Positions 9,916 through 20,649 are shown, numbered from the stretch's first letter. The stretch is DNA of 64,000 nucleotides from an uncultured Nitrososphaeraceae archaeon (GCA_963779615.1 CAVZZA010000001.1:384001-448000), one strand, 5' to 3'. A program made the numbers and translations. The notes: a model not told the origin generated them from the sequence alone.

Positions 9916-10991
9916 TGGACTGGTTAAGTAAAGAGTTATTGCGCATTAAGGATTACAGCCCTTATAAAAGACCCGGAAGCCTACAGGATTACCACAAGCT
10001 AGACTCCAATGAAAACACCGTATTAGAAAAAAAATTCATCAGAGCGATAGCATTAAAATCACTTTCTGACAATGACCTTAGGGAATACCCACTAAAGCAT
10101 TTTGATTTGTTATTTGGCAAAATAGCAAAATACGCCAATACAGATACAAAAAATGTAGGGATAGGAAGTGGTTCAGATCAGATAATGGATCTGTTGTTGT
10201 CGACCATTTGTAAAGAGAAAAGCGCGATTACAATCAACCCTACTTTTTCCTATTTCATAGACAGGTGCAATATGCACAAAATACCCATCAAACTAATCAA
10301 CCTGTCACCCTCAAACAACTCTTTGGATTTTGATTTATTTATCAGTGAATCCAAAGACAGGGACATAATATACATAGCATCCCCAAATAACCCCACAGGC
10401 AACCAGTTTAAAATTGAGGATATAATCAATTTGATCGAAGTTTCAAAATACAAGCTGATAATCATAGATGAAGCATATGTGGAATTTGCAGGCTATTCTT
10501 TATCAAATCTTGTAAACAGATATAACAACCTGATTGTAATGAGAACCTTTTCAAAAGCATTTGGTTTAGCTGGCGCAAGAATTGGCTATATTTTAGCTGC
10601 TGAAGAGATTATAAATATTTTTAACCAATTCATACAGCTGCCATATCCATTAAGCAGTTTCTCCATGCAATTAGCAATAGAGGCGCTAGAAAATATCGCG
10701 ATAATCAAAAGGAGCATAGAAGTCATAAAGCAAGAGAGATGCAGGATGTATGATAGGCTAAACCAAATAAAAGAGATTGCAACATACAGTCCTGACGCCA
10801 ACTTCTTTTTCCTTCAAACATTCAATCACCTTGATAAAATAAAGGACCTATTGACTCATGAAAGGATACTAATCAAGTATTTTGGAAACATAGGAAATTA
10901 CAAAGGAGCATTACGAGCAACAATCGGGACCAGAGAGATAAATGACAAACTAGTATCGGCATTTGAAAACCTGAAAGAAAGGCAACAATAA
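9915..10991 (+). CDS. hisC: histidinol-phosphate aminotransferase
   Basis: LDSNEN, SPNNPTG, IDEAY, RTFSKAFGLAGARIGY; lies in the his operon. Confidence 0.93.
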   Translation: MDWLSKELLRIKDYSPYKRPGSLQDYHKLDSNENTVLEKKFIRAIALKSLSDNDLREYPLKHFDLLFGKIAKYANTDTKNVGIGSGSDQIMDLLLSTICKEKSAITINPTFSYFIDRCNMHKIPIKLINLSPSNNSLDFDLFISESKDRDIIYIASPNNPTGNQFKIEDIINLIEVSKYKLIIIDEAYVEFAGYSLSNLVNRYNNLIVMRTFSKAFGLAGARIGYILAAEEIINIFNQFIQLPYPLSSFSMQLAIEALENIAIIKRSIEVIKQERCRMYDRLNQIKEIATYSPDANFFFLQTFNHLDKIKDLLTHERILIKYFGNIGNYKGALRATIGTREINDKLVSAFENLKERQQ

Positions 10992-11116
10992 CTTTGCCTG
11001 CAAAAACGGACAAAAATTCGATTTTTACTCAAATATTTAACCACCGCTGCAACCACTACTACCTCCACAATACCAATATCCCTCTACCACTTTTGAATGA
11101 CATCAAAAACAAGACT

Positions 11117-11908
11117 CTATCCCCTATTTGAGGCAACAGCCTCACCTCCACCGCCACCATCGCCGGAGCCTAAATCATCATCGTTGGTATTAACAACCAA
11201 CCTAGTTTGCGCGTTATTTAAAAAACCACCAGATGCGCAGGTGTCCAGTATCTTTTTAATTTTTTCTGCCCGCATGTTACCTAAACCCGGCACCCGCGCA
11301 AGCTCCGCCATTGACGCGTTTAACACGTTTTTAGGTGAATGAAACTTGTCCAATAGCCTTGTGGCCAATTTTGTCCCTATCCCGGGTAATGAGGTGAGAA
11401 CATACAGCTGTTGGATGTAAAATGGATTTGACTTTTTTATTTTTTTTAAAAGAGGGCCATCATCTTTATCCTTAAAGCGATTGGACGCCAAATGCACCAA
11501 TAATTCAGCGGTATAATATATTGAAGGGGTATACAAAATCGGTATCCGGAAATCCAGTGCTATTTTCATCAAAGTATCATAAGCCACACGTACCTTGTCT
11601 ACAATTAATTTAGAGTCAGGATCTGTTTTTTCCCTGCTGTCCAGGTCCGTAATATTGCCCTCGATAAGCACAAGAGGTTTTGAATAGTGGTTAACTAGAT
11701 CTGAACACTGTACAAAAAGGCGCCCATCATAAACAGAACTTATCAAATCATAAACTGTTTTTCTCTCAATTACTGTTTCAGACGATACAATATAATCCCC
11801 AACCGCCAATTGCTCATAATCCACAAAAACCCCCATAATTTTAAGCAAATTAGGGACCTGGCTATTTTTTTCTCTTTCGTCAGCAACAATACGGACAGTC
11901 AATGACAC
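11117..11908 (-). CDS. xpf: XPF/ERCC4 structure-specific endonuclease (short nuclease + HhH2 form)
   Basis: VADERE, GDY, IERKT, C-terminal LPGIG/VPGLG HhH pair. Confidence 0.9.
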   Translation of the reverse strand: MSLTVRIVADEREKNSQVPNLLKIMGVFVDYEQLAVGDYIVSSETVIERKTVYDLISSVYDGRLFVQCSDLVNHYSKPLVLIEGNITDLDSREKTDPDSKLIVDKVRVAYDTLMKIALDFRIPILYTPSIYYTAELLVHLASNRFKDKDDGPLLKKIKKSNPFYIQQLYVLTSLPGIGTKLATRLLDKFHSPKNVLNASMAELARVPGLGNMRAEKIKKILDTCASGGFLNNAQTRLVVNTNDDDLGSGDGGGGGEAVASNRG

Positions 11909-11991
11909 AATAAAAAGAAAACATATTCTTAATTAAGATTAAGAAAAAGGGACAATGCCCAAAAAACAAACAAACAATTAGACAGCAAACA

Positions 11992-12438
11992 TTATTTTGG
12001 TTGTGATTGGCCAAACGGATTATTGGTGGATGACGGGCCAAACGGATTATTGGTGGATGAGGAGGAGGAGGAGGGCGATGACCCTGCTTGTGCCATTTGC
12101 ACCATTTGATTGATTTTGTGCTCCACTTCTTTCAGGTTTTCTTTTACTCTTGATTCTTGTTTGCCCAGCACCACGACCCTAGTATTGGATAACTCTTTTT
12201 TTTCATCCAGCTCTTTTATTAGTTCATCACGATTTGATTTTACTAATAGTGGGCCAGCAAGTTTATAGACTGTGTCATCAGATGTTGTTTTTTTTAACTC
12301 ATCCAAAGCTCTTTCTGTTTCAACTTTTTCTATCTCTACTTGCTGTTTTTGCATCATTATTGCCTGAAGATTCTGCTGCAACTGTTGTAGTCTAGCAAGT
12401 TGTTCTTTTAGCCATGGGGGAAGCTCTTGTTCACTCAT
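11992..12438 (-). CDS. pfdB: prefoldin beta subunit with a low-complexity C-terminal tail
   Basis: QLQQLQQ coiled coil, VYKLAGPLLVK; exosome superoperon context. Confidence 0.93.
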   Translation of the reverse strand: MSEQELPPWLKEQLARLQQLQQNLQAIMMQKQQVEIEKVETERALDELKKTTSDDTVYKLAGPLLVKSNRDELIKELDEKKELSNTRVVVLGKQESRVKENLKEVEHKINQMVQMAQAGSSPSSSSSSTNNPFGPSSTNNPFGQSQPK

Positions 12439-12504
12439 TGTATAAAGTATTAAATAAATACCAAGATAAAAATTGTTATGATAGCAGCACCCATCGCAAA
12501 TTAA

Positions 12505-12873
12505 TCAGCTATTGATAAAAAGGGTTGTACAAACAAGATCTATCATTCTTAAAAAAGACAAAATAGAAGCACGAAACTTGGATTGATCACTACCGGATAT
12601 GCAAAGCACAATACGATGATTCACCATGGAAACATTTACAGTAGTGCCAAAATCAGGAGAAGAATAAATATCGCCCTTTAAAGCAACGTAAATGGCATTC
12701 AATAATTTTTTAAATTTGTCTTGGTTTTCGATCGAGTCGTTTTTTAAACATAAACTAGAATCATATGGATCGTTGAAAAAAATGCAGAAATTAGCGTTGT
12801 AGCTTTCCAAGGTTAATATCGTAGGCGCCTCCCGCAACTTTATATTCACACTTATTGCATTGCCAAATTCCAA
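12505..12873 (-). CDS. pcc1: KEOPS complex subunit Pcc1-like protein (start uncertain)
   Basis: Occupies the usual position between rpl37ae and pfdB; C-terminal 'SKFRASILSFLRMI' resembles Pcc1. Confidence 0.55.
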   Translation of the reverse strand: MEFGNAISVNIKLREAPTILTLESYNANFCIFFNDPYDSSLCLKNDSIENQDKFKKLLNAIYVALKGDIYSSPDFGTTVNVSMVNHRIVLCISGSDQSKFRASILSFLRMIDLVCTTLFINS

Positions 12874-13033
12874 TCGCTATTCTCCGAAATTTTAGTGAAG
12901 TACAGCTAGGGCACCTTCTCTTTAGTTTTAATGTTCTGTAGACCTTACCATACCTTTTTCGTACCGTAGCGCCGAATTTTACACCAAGACCCTTTAATGC
13001 AGTAGACCCCTTTCTTCTTTTAGCCAGATCCAT
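12791..13033 (-). CDS. rpl37ae: 50S ribosomal protein L37ae (eL43)
   Basis: KFGATVRK, CPSC...GIWQCNKC, AGGAY. Confidence 0.95.
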   Translation of the reverse strand: MDLAKRRKGSTALKGLGVKFGATVRKRYGKVYRTLKLKRRCPSCTSLKFRRIAIGIWQCNKCEYKVAGGAYDINLGKLQR

Positions 13034-13844
13034 TCAACCCCTTTATTTTAGAGCGATTTTCCTCTCCTTTATTTCTTGCTGTTTCAACGGCCTGGATAAT
13101 TTGGTTTATTGTGAAAGGGCCGGTATAGCCTTTTTGTATTGCCACCAGGCTTCCGTCTGATTGTGTAGTAATGGTTATTCGCGCATCCATGCAAGCCTCC
13201 TCCTCCATAGTTGGATCAAGCAAAACCGAGTCACCTATTCTGACAGCTGTAACAGAAATAGGAATGGTGGTTAGTGGAGGGGGCATGACATTTCCAGTAT
13301 CGACAACCTTATCGTTTTGAACCTCAAAAACAGGGAACTTGGATGTTAAGAGGGCAGCAACCACAGCATAGGAAGTCGCATCCAACAAGTTACCATCGCT
13401 GTTAATAATGCTGCAATCAACAAAAATGGTATAAACTATTTTTCCCGGAATCAAAGCTAATTTGCTCAAGTCAAGCATTTGGGATTCCCTTATGCCCCTA
13501 TCAACCACTCTAGACAATTCTATTGCCTCCTCGTCAGGTGGCCCAGGCTCCACATGAGACGAAGCTGTGGGCAGCACCTCTGCAGACATTATCAACGCGC
13601 CTTTGTTTTCCAAGCCCTCAAACGGCTCACCCGTTTCAACTTTAACGCCAGCCAAGACTTCAGTATTACCCAATTTTACTTTTGCAGAACCGTTAGCTTT
13701 ATCTATAATACCTATTTCGATTTCTAAATCCCTATAAGATTCAAAATTGCGACCATCCAATCTTTTCCCCCTAGACAAAGCTTCTAGCATTTGTTGTTTA
13801 CGCAACTGCTCAACTATTATTGTAGAACGTTTTGATGAGCTCAT
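13020..13844 (-). CDS. rrp42: exosome complex component Rrp42
   Basis: [33 protein letters not shown]. Confidence 0.96.
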   Translation of the reverse strand: MSSSKRSTIIVEQLRKQQMLEALSRGKRLDGRNFESYRDLEIEIGIIDKANGSAKVKLGNTEVLAGVKVETGEPFEGLENKGALIMSAEVLPTASSHVEPGPPDEEAIELSRVVDRGIRESQMLDLSKLALIPGKIVYTIFVDCSIINSDGNLLDATSYAVVAALLTSKFPVFEVQNDKVVDTGNVMPPPLTTIPISVTAVRIGDSVLLDPTMEEEACMDARITITTQSDGSLVAIQKGYTGPFTINQIIQAVETARNKGEENRSKIKGLNGSG

Positions 13845-14578
13845 GCTTCTTCCCTCAACTCCGTTTCATTGCCAAAATATTTTTTCATTAGTGCCTCTTT
13901 TTGTATTTCATGCACCAATTTACAACCATGAATTGCCTTACTCAAGCATTCATTGAATTGAGTTGGGGACAATTTTCCATCGAGTTGAAGCAATGTGACT
14001 TGATCCATGTTAGGTAGATACGCAACCGGCATATCTGCATCACCCTCCTTATCTTCCAAGTCATTAATATCCAATACGATATTGTCCCCCAAACGCCCTG
14101 CTGCGCATGCAGACACCAAATCACGCATATTAATTCCTGCATCGGCCAGTGCCACAGACGCGGCGATAATACCGGCACACCTTGAGCCGCCATCTGCTTG
14201 TAAAACCTCCACAAAAACATCAATAACTGCACGAGGATAATCACTCAATATCAATGATGGCTCCAAGGACTCCCGTATCACTTTGGATATTTCCACCTCC
14301 CTTCGGGATGGAGCAGGGTTTTTTCTAGTATCGGTTGAAAAAGGCGACATGTGATATCTGCACCTTAAAACACAACGGTCTGGGAGAGCCATATGTTTTG
14401 GGTGAACCTCTCGCGGTCCATATACAGCAACAATTATTTTATTTTTTCCAAATTCAATATATGCGGAACCGTCAGCATTCTTAAGCACACCTACAGCGAT
14501 CTTGATCTGCCTTAAGTCATCTATTCCACGGTTATCGGATCGTTTTCCATTTTGATCTATTAATACTAATTCATTCAA
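13841..14578 (-). CDS. rrp41: exosome complex exonuclease Rrp41
   Basis: [36 protein letters not shown]. Confidence 0.96.
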   Translation of the reverse strand: MNELVLIDQNGKRSDNRGIDDLRQIKIAVGVLKNADGSAYIEFGKNKIIVAVYGPREVHPKHMALPDRCVLRCRYHMSPFSTDTRKNPAPSRREVEISKVIRESLEPSLILSDYPRAVIDVFVEVLQADGGSRCAGIIAASVALADAGINMRDLVSACAAGRLGDNIVLDINDLEDKEGDADMPVAYLPNMDQVTLLQLDGKLSPTQFNECLSKAIHGCKLVHEIQKEALMKKYFGNETELREEA

Positions 14579-14581
14579 TTT

Positions 14582-15811
14582 TTATGCATCCTCCTCACTT
14601 ATCAAATCGTGTTTTTTTTCCTTTTGCTCTGTATTGATCAAATTGTTAGAAAGCTGACTTTCCGATTGCCCTTCATCGATTATTGAAGCATTTGAGGGAT
14701 CTTCATTCGATGAATTTTGTTGTTGTGGCTGTTGCTCCGGCTCCGTGGTTGGCTGTTGTGGCTGTTGCTCCGGCTCCGTGGTTGGCTGTTGTGGCTGTTG
14801 CTCCGGCTCCGTGGTTGGCTGTTGTGGCTGTTGCTCCGGCTCCGTGGTTGGCTGTTGTGGCTGTTGCTCCGGCTCCGTGGTTGGCTGTTGTGGCTGTTGC
14901 TCCGGCTCCGTGGTTGGCTGTTGTGGCTGTTGCTCCGGCTCCGTGGTTGGCTGTTGTGGCTGTTGCTCCGGCTCCGTGGTTGGCTGTTGTGGCTGTTGCT
15001 CCCCAGTTGCCGAATCAACGCCGGATGGCAAACCGGAAGAGGAGTTTGATTGAAAATTGGATGCCTGAGAAGGCGTAGGATCAATACCGTCACCAGAAGA
15101 GATGTTTATGTTCTCAGATTTTTCTAATTCCACAGGATCTTGCACATTTAACAATGTTTTAACTTTTTGAGTAAGGTTATTAGTGTGAGATTCCTCCTCT
15201 ACCATTTTTATGGCCTTGACTGCCAAACTCAAACCATCAATGTCTCTTCCAGTGACAACTACAATACCATTCTGACCTATTATCACTCGGGTTAGTGTTG
15301 CTTGCTCTATAGTTTGAATCATAGAACCCCTTTTGCCAATTAGCCGTGGAACACGGGTAGGGGAAATTTTGATAAACTCCCCATAGGGGATTTTTCCTAG
15401 ATCCTTATCCTGAACTGTCAGCATCGGGTCCCTGGTTCGGTCAAAAGAGACGATTCGGGCAATAATCAAGTCACCGATACTAAGCTGCCTTCCCATGTCA
15501 TCCCTTGCGGGGGAGAAATCCCTTCCAAAAACATCCTGTGCAGGCAGGTGGGCAAAAAAGCAGGAGTTGATATCAATATCCCAAGACAAAGAGGAGCGAT
15601 CAACAACTTTTCCTATTACCAAGTCATTGACTCGGGGGATATACACACCAGACAAAGGTATGACTTTTACGCCTTCTTTGCCTGCCTCTGCAATTCCAAC
15701 TCTTGTAGAGATTAAATAATTACCATTTTTAATAACATTCATCAAAGGCCTATAGTTACCTTCCACGATTTTATCTCCAGGTATAACATACCTTTTCTTA
15801 ATCTCCTGCAT
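14582..15811 (-). CDS. rrp4: exosome RNA-binding protein Rrp4 with a long repetitive C-terminal extension
   Basis: VIPGD, YIPRVNDLVIG (S1), VPRLIGKRGSM (KH), IIGQNG. Confidence 0.95.
   Translation of the reverse strand: MQEIKKRYVIPGDKIVEGNYRPLMNVIKNGNYLISTRVGIAEAGKEGVKVIPLSGVYIPRVNDLVIGKVVDRSSLSWDIDINSCFFAHLPAQDVFGRDFSPARDDMGRQLSIGDLIIARIVSFDRTRDPMLTVQDKDLGKIPYGEFIKISPTRVPRLIGKRGSMIQTIEQATLTRVIIGQNGIVVVTGRDIDGLSLAVKAIKMVEEESHTNNLTQKVKTLLNVQDPVELEKSENINISSGDGIDPTPSQASNFQSNSSSGLPSGVDSATGEQQPQQPTTEPEQQPQQPTTEPEQQPQQPTTEPEQQPQQPTTEPEQQPQQPTTEPEQQPQQPTTEPEQQPQQPTTEPEQQPQQPTTEPEQQPQQQNSSNEDPSNASIIDEGQSESQLSNNLINTEQKEKKHDLISEEDA
14721..15002 (-). repeat. perfect 33-bp tandem repeat, 8 copies plus a partial copy (EQQPQQPTTEP), inside rrp4
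   Basis: Unit GGCTGTTGTGGCTGTTGCTCCGGCTCCGTGGTT; CTCCGTGGTT recurs every 33 nt from 14741 to 14972. Confidence 0.97.
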
Positions 15812-15921
15812 ACTAAAAAATAACTACCTCCAATAACATAAGATACGCATAATGTGATGATGATTTCATATTCTATATCTAATTATTTAGAAATTGTTCT
15901 ATAATATAATCTGTCAGTCCA

Positions 15922-16608
15922 TTACTCTTTAACCTGTGCCGAGCCTTTGGTTAATGAGCCTATACGATCAAGAAAATTCCCTTTCATGCCAGCGTTTATC
16001 TCTATTCTTGCCTTTAATGATCCGTCAGAGAGCCATTCCTCAGACTTTAGAAACCCGGACGATTTCAGAAAATTATAACTATTAGACGCAGAGGATTTTG
16101 GTATGCTAATGGTTAACTGCACCATTTCAGACGCCAAAGGAAGAATTTTTCTAAGTGCATCAACAACAGATTTTATTTGGTCTTCTGGTTTTTTAAAGGG
16201 ATCGATAACCACCCTGACATCTTGCAAGCCGTTCTCTATTCGGGGGATGGGATGGGGCAGCTTGGTTTTTGGATCTACAAAGTTTTTATTTATATACTGA
16301 ATTATCTGTTTTCTTTTCTCTTCAACCATTTTTCTCCTTTGGTCTGTGGTGAGGTTCAACTCCCCTTTAAGTAAAATTTGTTTTATAACCTCATTGGAGT
16401 TGGTGGTCTTGAAGTGTTTATTTAGTTTTTCATCACTTACCCTTGAACCCTTATTAGCATCAGAGTAGATCTCATCTGAAATCAGGATAGAGGAAAGATC
16501 ACTTCTCTTGCCTAACTTGTATTCAAGCGCAAGATCAGGTTTCACCAATATCTCAAACTTATCATTACCTACAATTAATTTAACAGTGGTACTCTTGGAA
16601 TCGCCCAT
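15922..16608 (-). CDS. sdo1: ribosome maturation protein SBDS/Sdo1
   Basis: KFEILV, DANKG, KGELNLTTDQRR, DPKTKLPHP-RIE. Confidence 0.95.
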   Translation of the reverse strand: MGDSKSTTVKLIVGNDKFEILVKPDLALEYKLGKRSDLSSILISDEIYSDANKGSRVSDEKLNKHFKTTNSNEVIKQILLKGELNLTTDQRRKMVEEKRKQIIQYINKNFVDPKTKLPHPIPRIENGLQDVRVVIDPFKKPEDQIKSVVDALRKILPLASEMVQLTISIPKSSASNSYNFLKSSGFLKSEEWLSDGSLKARIEINAGMKGNFLDRIGSLTKGSAQVKE

Positions 16609-16888
16609 AATATAGGAAATTTATTTGTGATATATTAATATACTATAATATTTTTTGGGTTCTGTAAAGTTAAGAAAAAATTATTTCCACAAAACATTTT
16701 GATCATAAGGGTCAAACAAAAATTCGATTTGAACACTAAAATTAAGTTCACTTTCCCAAAATAGTTTGTATAGCAAGATACAAAACCAAATTCATCTGAT
16801 TAAAAACATTATGCAAAATCCTTAACTTTACAGAGCAATTTCTTGATTCACTACATTTTTAATATACAATAGAATAAAATAATCTGAT

Positions 16889-17545
16889 TTGATCTCAATA
16901 GATTTAAAGGTTATTGAGAAACAGGATGAAAGAATAACCGTTAAATTTAACAATGTACCGCGCCAATATGTAAACGCATTAAGGCGGTTATCAATAAGTG
17001 AAGTACCCACTTTTGCCATTGATGATGTAGTCATTTTGGAAAATTCATCAGTTATGCACGATGAAGCCGTTGCCCACAGACTGGGGCTCATTCCATTAAG
17101 AACGGATTTAAAAAGGTTTTACCTACCCAACGAGTGCAGTTGCAAAACCACATTGGGATGCACAAATTGCAGGGTATTGCTGCAACTTGATGCAGAAGCC
17201 AAAGACAAGACCAAAACAGTTACCACGTCTGAACTAGTTTCGGAGGACGACTTTGTTAAACCGGTTAACCAAGAAATACCCATAATAACACTGGCTCCGG
17301 GTCAAAAGATAAAGTTCGAGGCATACGCAAGGTTGGGGCTTGGCAAGGATCACGCAAAATGGCAGCCAGCTACAATGTCCGTGGTAAAGTATGGTGAAGA
17401 TGAAAACGAGATTTATCTGACCATTGAAACCAACGGGGCGCTAACTGCCGAAGAGATAATAATAGCCGCGGCCGAAAAGCTTAACGCAAGCATCAAAAAT
17501 TTTGGCGAAAACATAAGCTCTGTCAAACCAATAACCAACCTCTAG
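16889..17545 (+). CDS. rpoD: DNA-directed RNA polymerase subunit D (Rpo3)
   Basis: NALRR, EVPTFAID, AHRLGLIP, GKDHAKW. Confidence 0.96.
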   Translation: MISIDLKVIEKQDERITVKFNNVPRQYVNALRRLSISEVPTFAIDDVVILENSSVMHDEAVAHRLGLIPLRTDLKRFYLPNECSCKTTLGCTNCRVLLQLDAEAKDKTKTVTTSELVSEDDFVKPVNQEIPIITLAPGQKIKFEAYARLGLGKDHAKWQPATMSVVKYGEDENEIYLTIETNGALTAEEIIIAAAEKLNASIKNFGENISSVKPITNL

Positions 17546-17593
17546 GTAAATTTATTTGGTACTGTATAACCCTTATAAGTAGAACGGCAGATA

Positions 17594-17944
17594 ATGTTTA
17601 ACGATAGTTTAATAGATAACACAATATGGATGCTCCGCAAAGCGTTCAAAAACAACAAGGCACAGATTTGGAAAGCCTTAGAGAAAGAATTTTCAAAATC
17701 CAGATCAAACAGGAGAAGGGTTAACATTGAAAAATTAAACAAAGTTACTAATAATGGGGATGTGATATTTGTCCCAGGCAAAATTTTAGGGAATGGAAAT
17801 TTAGGGCACAAGCTAACGGTTTATGCATATTCATTTTCAGAAACCGCATTAAGCAAACTTAATGCATCTGGCACAGAAGTTCTCTCATTGCAATCACTAA
17901 TTGACAGATACCCTGACGGAAAAGGTGTAAAGATAATTGGATAA
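17594..17944 (+). CDS. rpl18e: 50S ribosomal protein L18e
   Basis: VNIEKL, VPGKILG-G, FSETA; operon order. Confidence 0.95.
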   Translation: MFNDSLIDNTIWMLRKAFKNNKAQIWKALEKEFSKSRSNRRRVNIEKLNKVTNNGDVIFVPGKILGNGNLGHKLTVYAYSFSETALSKLNASGTEVLSLQSLIDRYPDGKGVKIIG

Positions 17945-18437
17945 AAAAGAACAAAAGCAGCAGCAGCAGCAAAAAGAGGAGTCAAGCCCCCAGCAAAACA
18001 AGCTCATAGTTGTTGACGGCACAAACTGCATCTCAGGAAGGCTATGCTCCAAGGTGTCAAAGCTATTGCTGCAGGGAAACAGGGTTTCGGTGGTCAACTC
18101 TGAAAAGGTCATGGTGTCTGGCAACAAATATGAGGTTATTGAGAGCTACAAAAAGCAATTGGAGGTATCATCAGCAACAAACCCAATCCACGGCCCGTTT
18201 CACCCAAGAAGGCCCGACACAATAATCACCAGGATGATCAGGGGAATGGTTCCCAAGAGAAAGCCCAGCGGAATACAGTCCTTTAAGAGGTTAAGGGTAT
18301 ACATAGGCGTTCCCGAAGAGCTAAAAAACTCAACAATGCAAACGTTCGATGACGCAAAAATCACCAGGCAGGAATCATTTTATATATCGATGGGTGATGT
18401 AGCAAAACAGATAGGATGGAAGGGAGTGCTTAATTAG
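17937..18437 (+). CDS. rpl13: 50S ribosomal protein L13 (uL13)
   Basis: VVDG-GRL, IRGMVP, RLRVYIGVP. Confidence 0.95.
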   Translation: MDKKEQKQQQQQKEESSPQQNKLIVVDGTNCISGRLCSKVSKLLLQGNRVSVVNSEKVMVSGNKYEVIESYKKQLEVSSATNPIHGPFHPRRPDTIITRMIRGMVPKRKPSGIQSFKRLRVYIGVPEELKNSTMQTFDDAKITRQESFYISMGDVAKQIGWKGVLN

Positions 18438-18881
18438 ATGAACAAGACAGATCTTTATCCGGGACAAAGGAAAACATGCAGGGCTGTTGCCACAATAGTC
18501 AAAGGCAATGGAAAAATAAGGATAAACAACATTCCAGCGGAGGTCATTCAACCAGAGCTTGCAAAGGAGCTGATTTTGACACCCGCTCACATAATTGGTG
18601 AATTGAGAGACAGGGTGGATGTCAGTGTTCACGTAAACGGTGGGGGCTTTATGGGCCAAGCATTCGCAAGTGCGGTAGCCATTTCACGAGCACTCACAGG
18701 CGAGACAAAGGGAGCCAAAGAGCCAAGGGAGCACCCATTCACAAAAAGCGTAAGGGAAGAGATAAAGAGGAAAATCATTGATTTTGACAGGCACTTGTTG
18801 GCTGGAGACCCAAGGCAAACAGAATCAAAGAAATACGGCGGTCCGGGAGCAAGAAGAAGAAAACAGAAATCATACCGTTAA
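18438..18881 (+). CDS. rps9: 30S ribosomal protein S9 (uS9)
   Basis: GGGFMGQA, KKYGGPGARRRKQKSYR. Confidence 0.97.
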   Translation: MNKTDLYPGQRKTCRAVATIVKGNGKIRINNIPAEVIQPELAKELILTPAHIIGELRDRVDVSVHVNGGGFMGQAFASAVAISRALTGETKGAKEPREHPFTKSVREEIKRKIIDFDRHLLAGDPRQTESKKYGGPGARRRKQKSYR

Positions 18882-18922
18882 ATTTTTTAAATTTATTTTT
18901 TAACAAACAAAATCAGTTTAAA

Positions 18923-19237
18923 ATGTCACACAATGGCATAGACATAGATCAATACATATTGTTGGTTATTTATCCCAGCATCGCATTTTTTTTAATAGGG
19001 TTCATCACAAAAAAAAAGAATGTCAGGAAATCAATAACATACATTATCCAATCATTAATCTGCTTCTCCTTTTCCATTGCGTATTACCTTCTTATACCCC
19101 ATGGGGGGGCGCAAGGCCTTTCACTTGTACTGGGTCTGTTTGGGGTCATGCTTTTGGTCCTGGCGAGAAAGGAAAGGGTTAACCCGGCAGAAGAGGAGGG
19201 GGAGGATCAGGAGAAGAAGGAAACCTCGCAGAAGTAG
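18923..19237 (+). CDS. small membrane protein (3 TM)
   Basis: Three hydrophobic segments and an acidic tail. Confidence 0.7.
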   Translation: MSHNGIDIDQYILLVIYPSIAFFLIGFITKKKNVRKSITYIIQSLICFSFSIAYYLLIPHGGAQGLSLVLGLFGVMLLVLARKERVNPAEEEGEDQEKKETSQK

Positions 19238-19295
19238 AACAACGGGATAAAGGCCAATAATTTTTTTAGGTTACTACCCCACACACAACTACAAC

Positions 19296-20099
19296 ATGCA
19301 GCTGACGTCCAGGTTCAAAATCGGGCAAATGAAAAGCATTGTCCAGTTTCTCAATGAGAACAACGTTGGGAGGATATCCACAATAGACATTGAGGGGTTC
19401 CCACAAATAATACCCATGAATTTTGTGTGCGCACCTGATTTTTCGGGAAACAACCCTAACAAAGGCGATGATGGTGAAGGTGATGGCGGTGACAAAACAG
19501 CAGCAGCAGCACTAGCGCATCAGCAAAATGGAGGGGGAGAAGAAGGGGAAAAAAATAAATGGGAATCGGGATTGAGAAACGACAAAGTTTTTGCCGGCAG
19601 CCACGCAATCTACATGCACTCCCACCACAGGGGTGAAAAACTGGACAACCTGAAAAGGAACCCGAAGGTTGGCTTTGAGGCCGACAGGGAGGTTTGTTTT
19701 TTGCCGTCATATTATTTTCACCCAACGGACGCATCTTTTGCAGACACGCTATACATCAGCATAGTAATCAAGGGAAAGGCGTCGATTGTAACAGACAACA
19801 GGGAAAAGGCGTTCGCAATGAACGCAATGATGCAAAAGTATCAGGGGGAGGGTGGATACACGCCATTAACCGAAGGCATGAAATCCATACAGCACCTTAC
19901 GGTGCTCAAAATAAACCCAGAAAGCATGACAGGAAAGTACAAAATCGGGCAGGAATGGACAGCCAAGTACAAGTCAAACATCGCCAGGAAGATTATCGAA
20001 AGGGAGGGAATGGCAAGGGCCAAAGAGATTCTTCAGCAAATGAAAATAAAAACACTGGCAGACGGGGGGCTGGAGATAACGGATCCGGTGGCACTGTGA
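19296..20099 (+). CDS. pyridoxamine 5'-phosphate oxidase-like flavin-binding protein (NimA/PaiB-like) with a low-complexity insert
   Basis: GRISTID-GFP-IIPMNFV, GEKLDNLKRNPKVGFE, YISIVIKG, GKYKIGQ. Confidence 0.85.
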   Translation: MQLTSRFKIGQMKSIVQFLNENNVGRISTIDIEGFPQIIPMNFVCAPDFSGNNPNKGDDGEGDGGDKTAAAALAHQQNGGGEEGEKNKWESGLRNDKVFAGSHAIYMHSHHRGEKLDNLKRNPKVGFEADREVCFLPSYYFHPTDASFADTLYISIVIKGKASIVTDNREKAFAMNAMMQKYQGEGGYTPLTEGMKSIQHLTVLKINPESMTGKYKIGQEWTAKYKSNIARKIIEREGMARAKEILQQMKIKTLADGGLEITDPVAL

Positions 20100-20208
20100 C
20101 AAAAAAACTACTGTCTACGCCCCTGCCACTTAATCACGTTATAACGCACAAATAAAAAAAGGGGTAGGCAGGCGGCAAAACACAATTTAATTTAACTGAT
20201 TTAATTAA

Positions 20209-20649
20209 TTAATCAGAGGGAATGTCCTTTTTTCCGCACATCTCAAACGCAAACGCGATGGACCCTACAACCGAACTGTCCTTTCTAAACGGGTAAAAGT
20301 TGTCGTTTTCTTTGGGCAGCAACTCCTGTTTTAGGGACAAAATGTCTTCCGGAGGCGAATCCACCCTGAGCATGTCCCTTCCCAAAACTGTGTCCCATAC
20401 CGCAATGTCCATGTCGCTTTTTATTGCGACAAAGGAAATCACCCTGTTGTTGTCTGATTTTTCAACCACAATAAAATAGTTAAAGCCGTCTTGTACTGGA
20501 AAGGGATCGGGCATCGTAAATGAGTCTACCTTGAAATATGGAGACATTCTTTTCTTTAGCTCATAGGACATAAACGACATGAGGGAAAAATCCAAAACCG
20601 ACAAATCCTTGGTGCTTACCACAATGTTTTTTGGGTTTGTTGCCAGCAT
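20209..20649 (-). CDS. hypothetical protein
   Basis: 146-aa ORF with no competing ORF. Confidence 0.75.
   Translation of the reverse strand: MLATNPKNIVVSTKDLSVLDFSLMSFMSYELKKRMSPYFKVDSFTMPDPFPVQDGFNYFIVVEKSDNNRVISFVAIKSDMDIAVWDTVLGRDMLRVDSPPEDILSLKQELLPKENDNFYPFRKDSSVVGSIAFAFEMCGKKDIPSD

Noticed and set aside
14680-15093. Cys-rich, Trp/Leu-rich and Ala/Val-rich repeat ORFs; possible CRISPR array
   Set aside because: These are alternative frames of the 33-bp rrp4 tandem repeat. There are no spacers, so it is not CRISPR.
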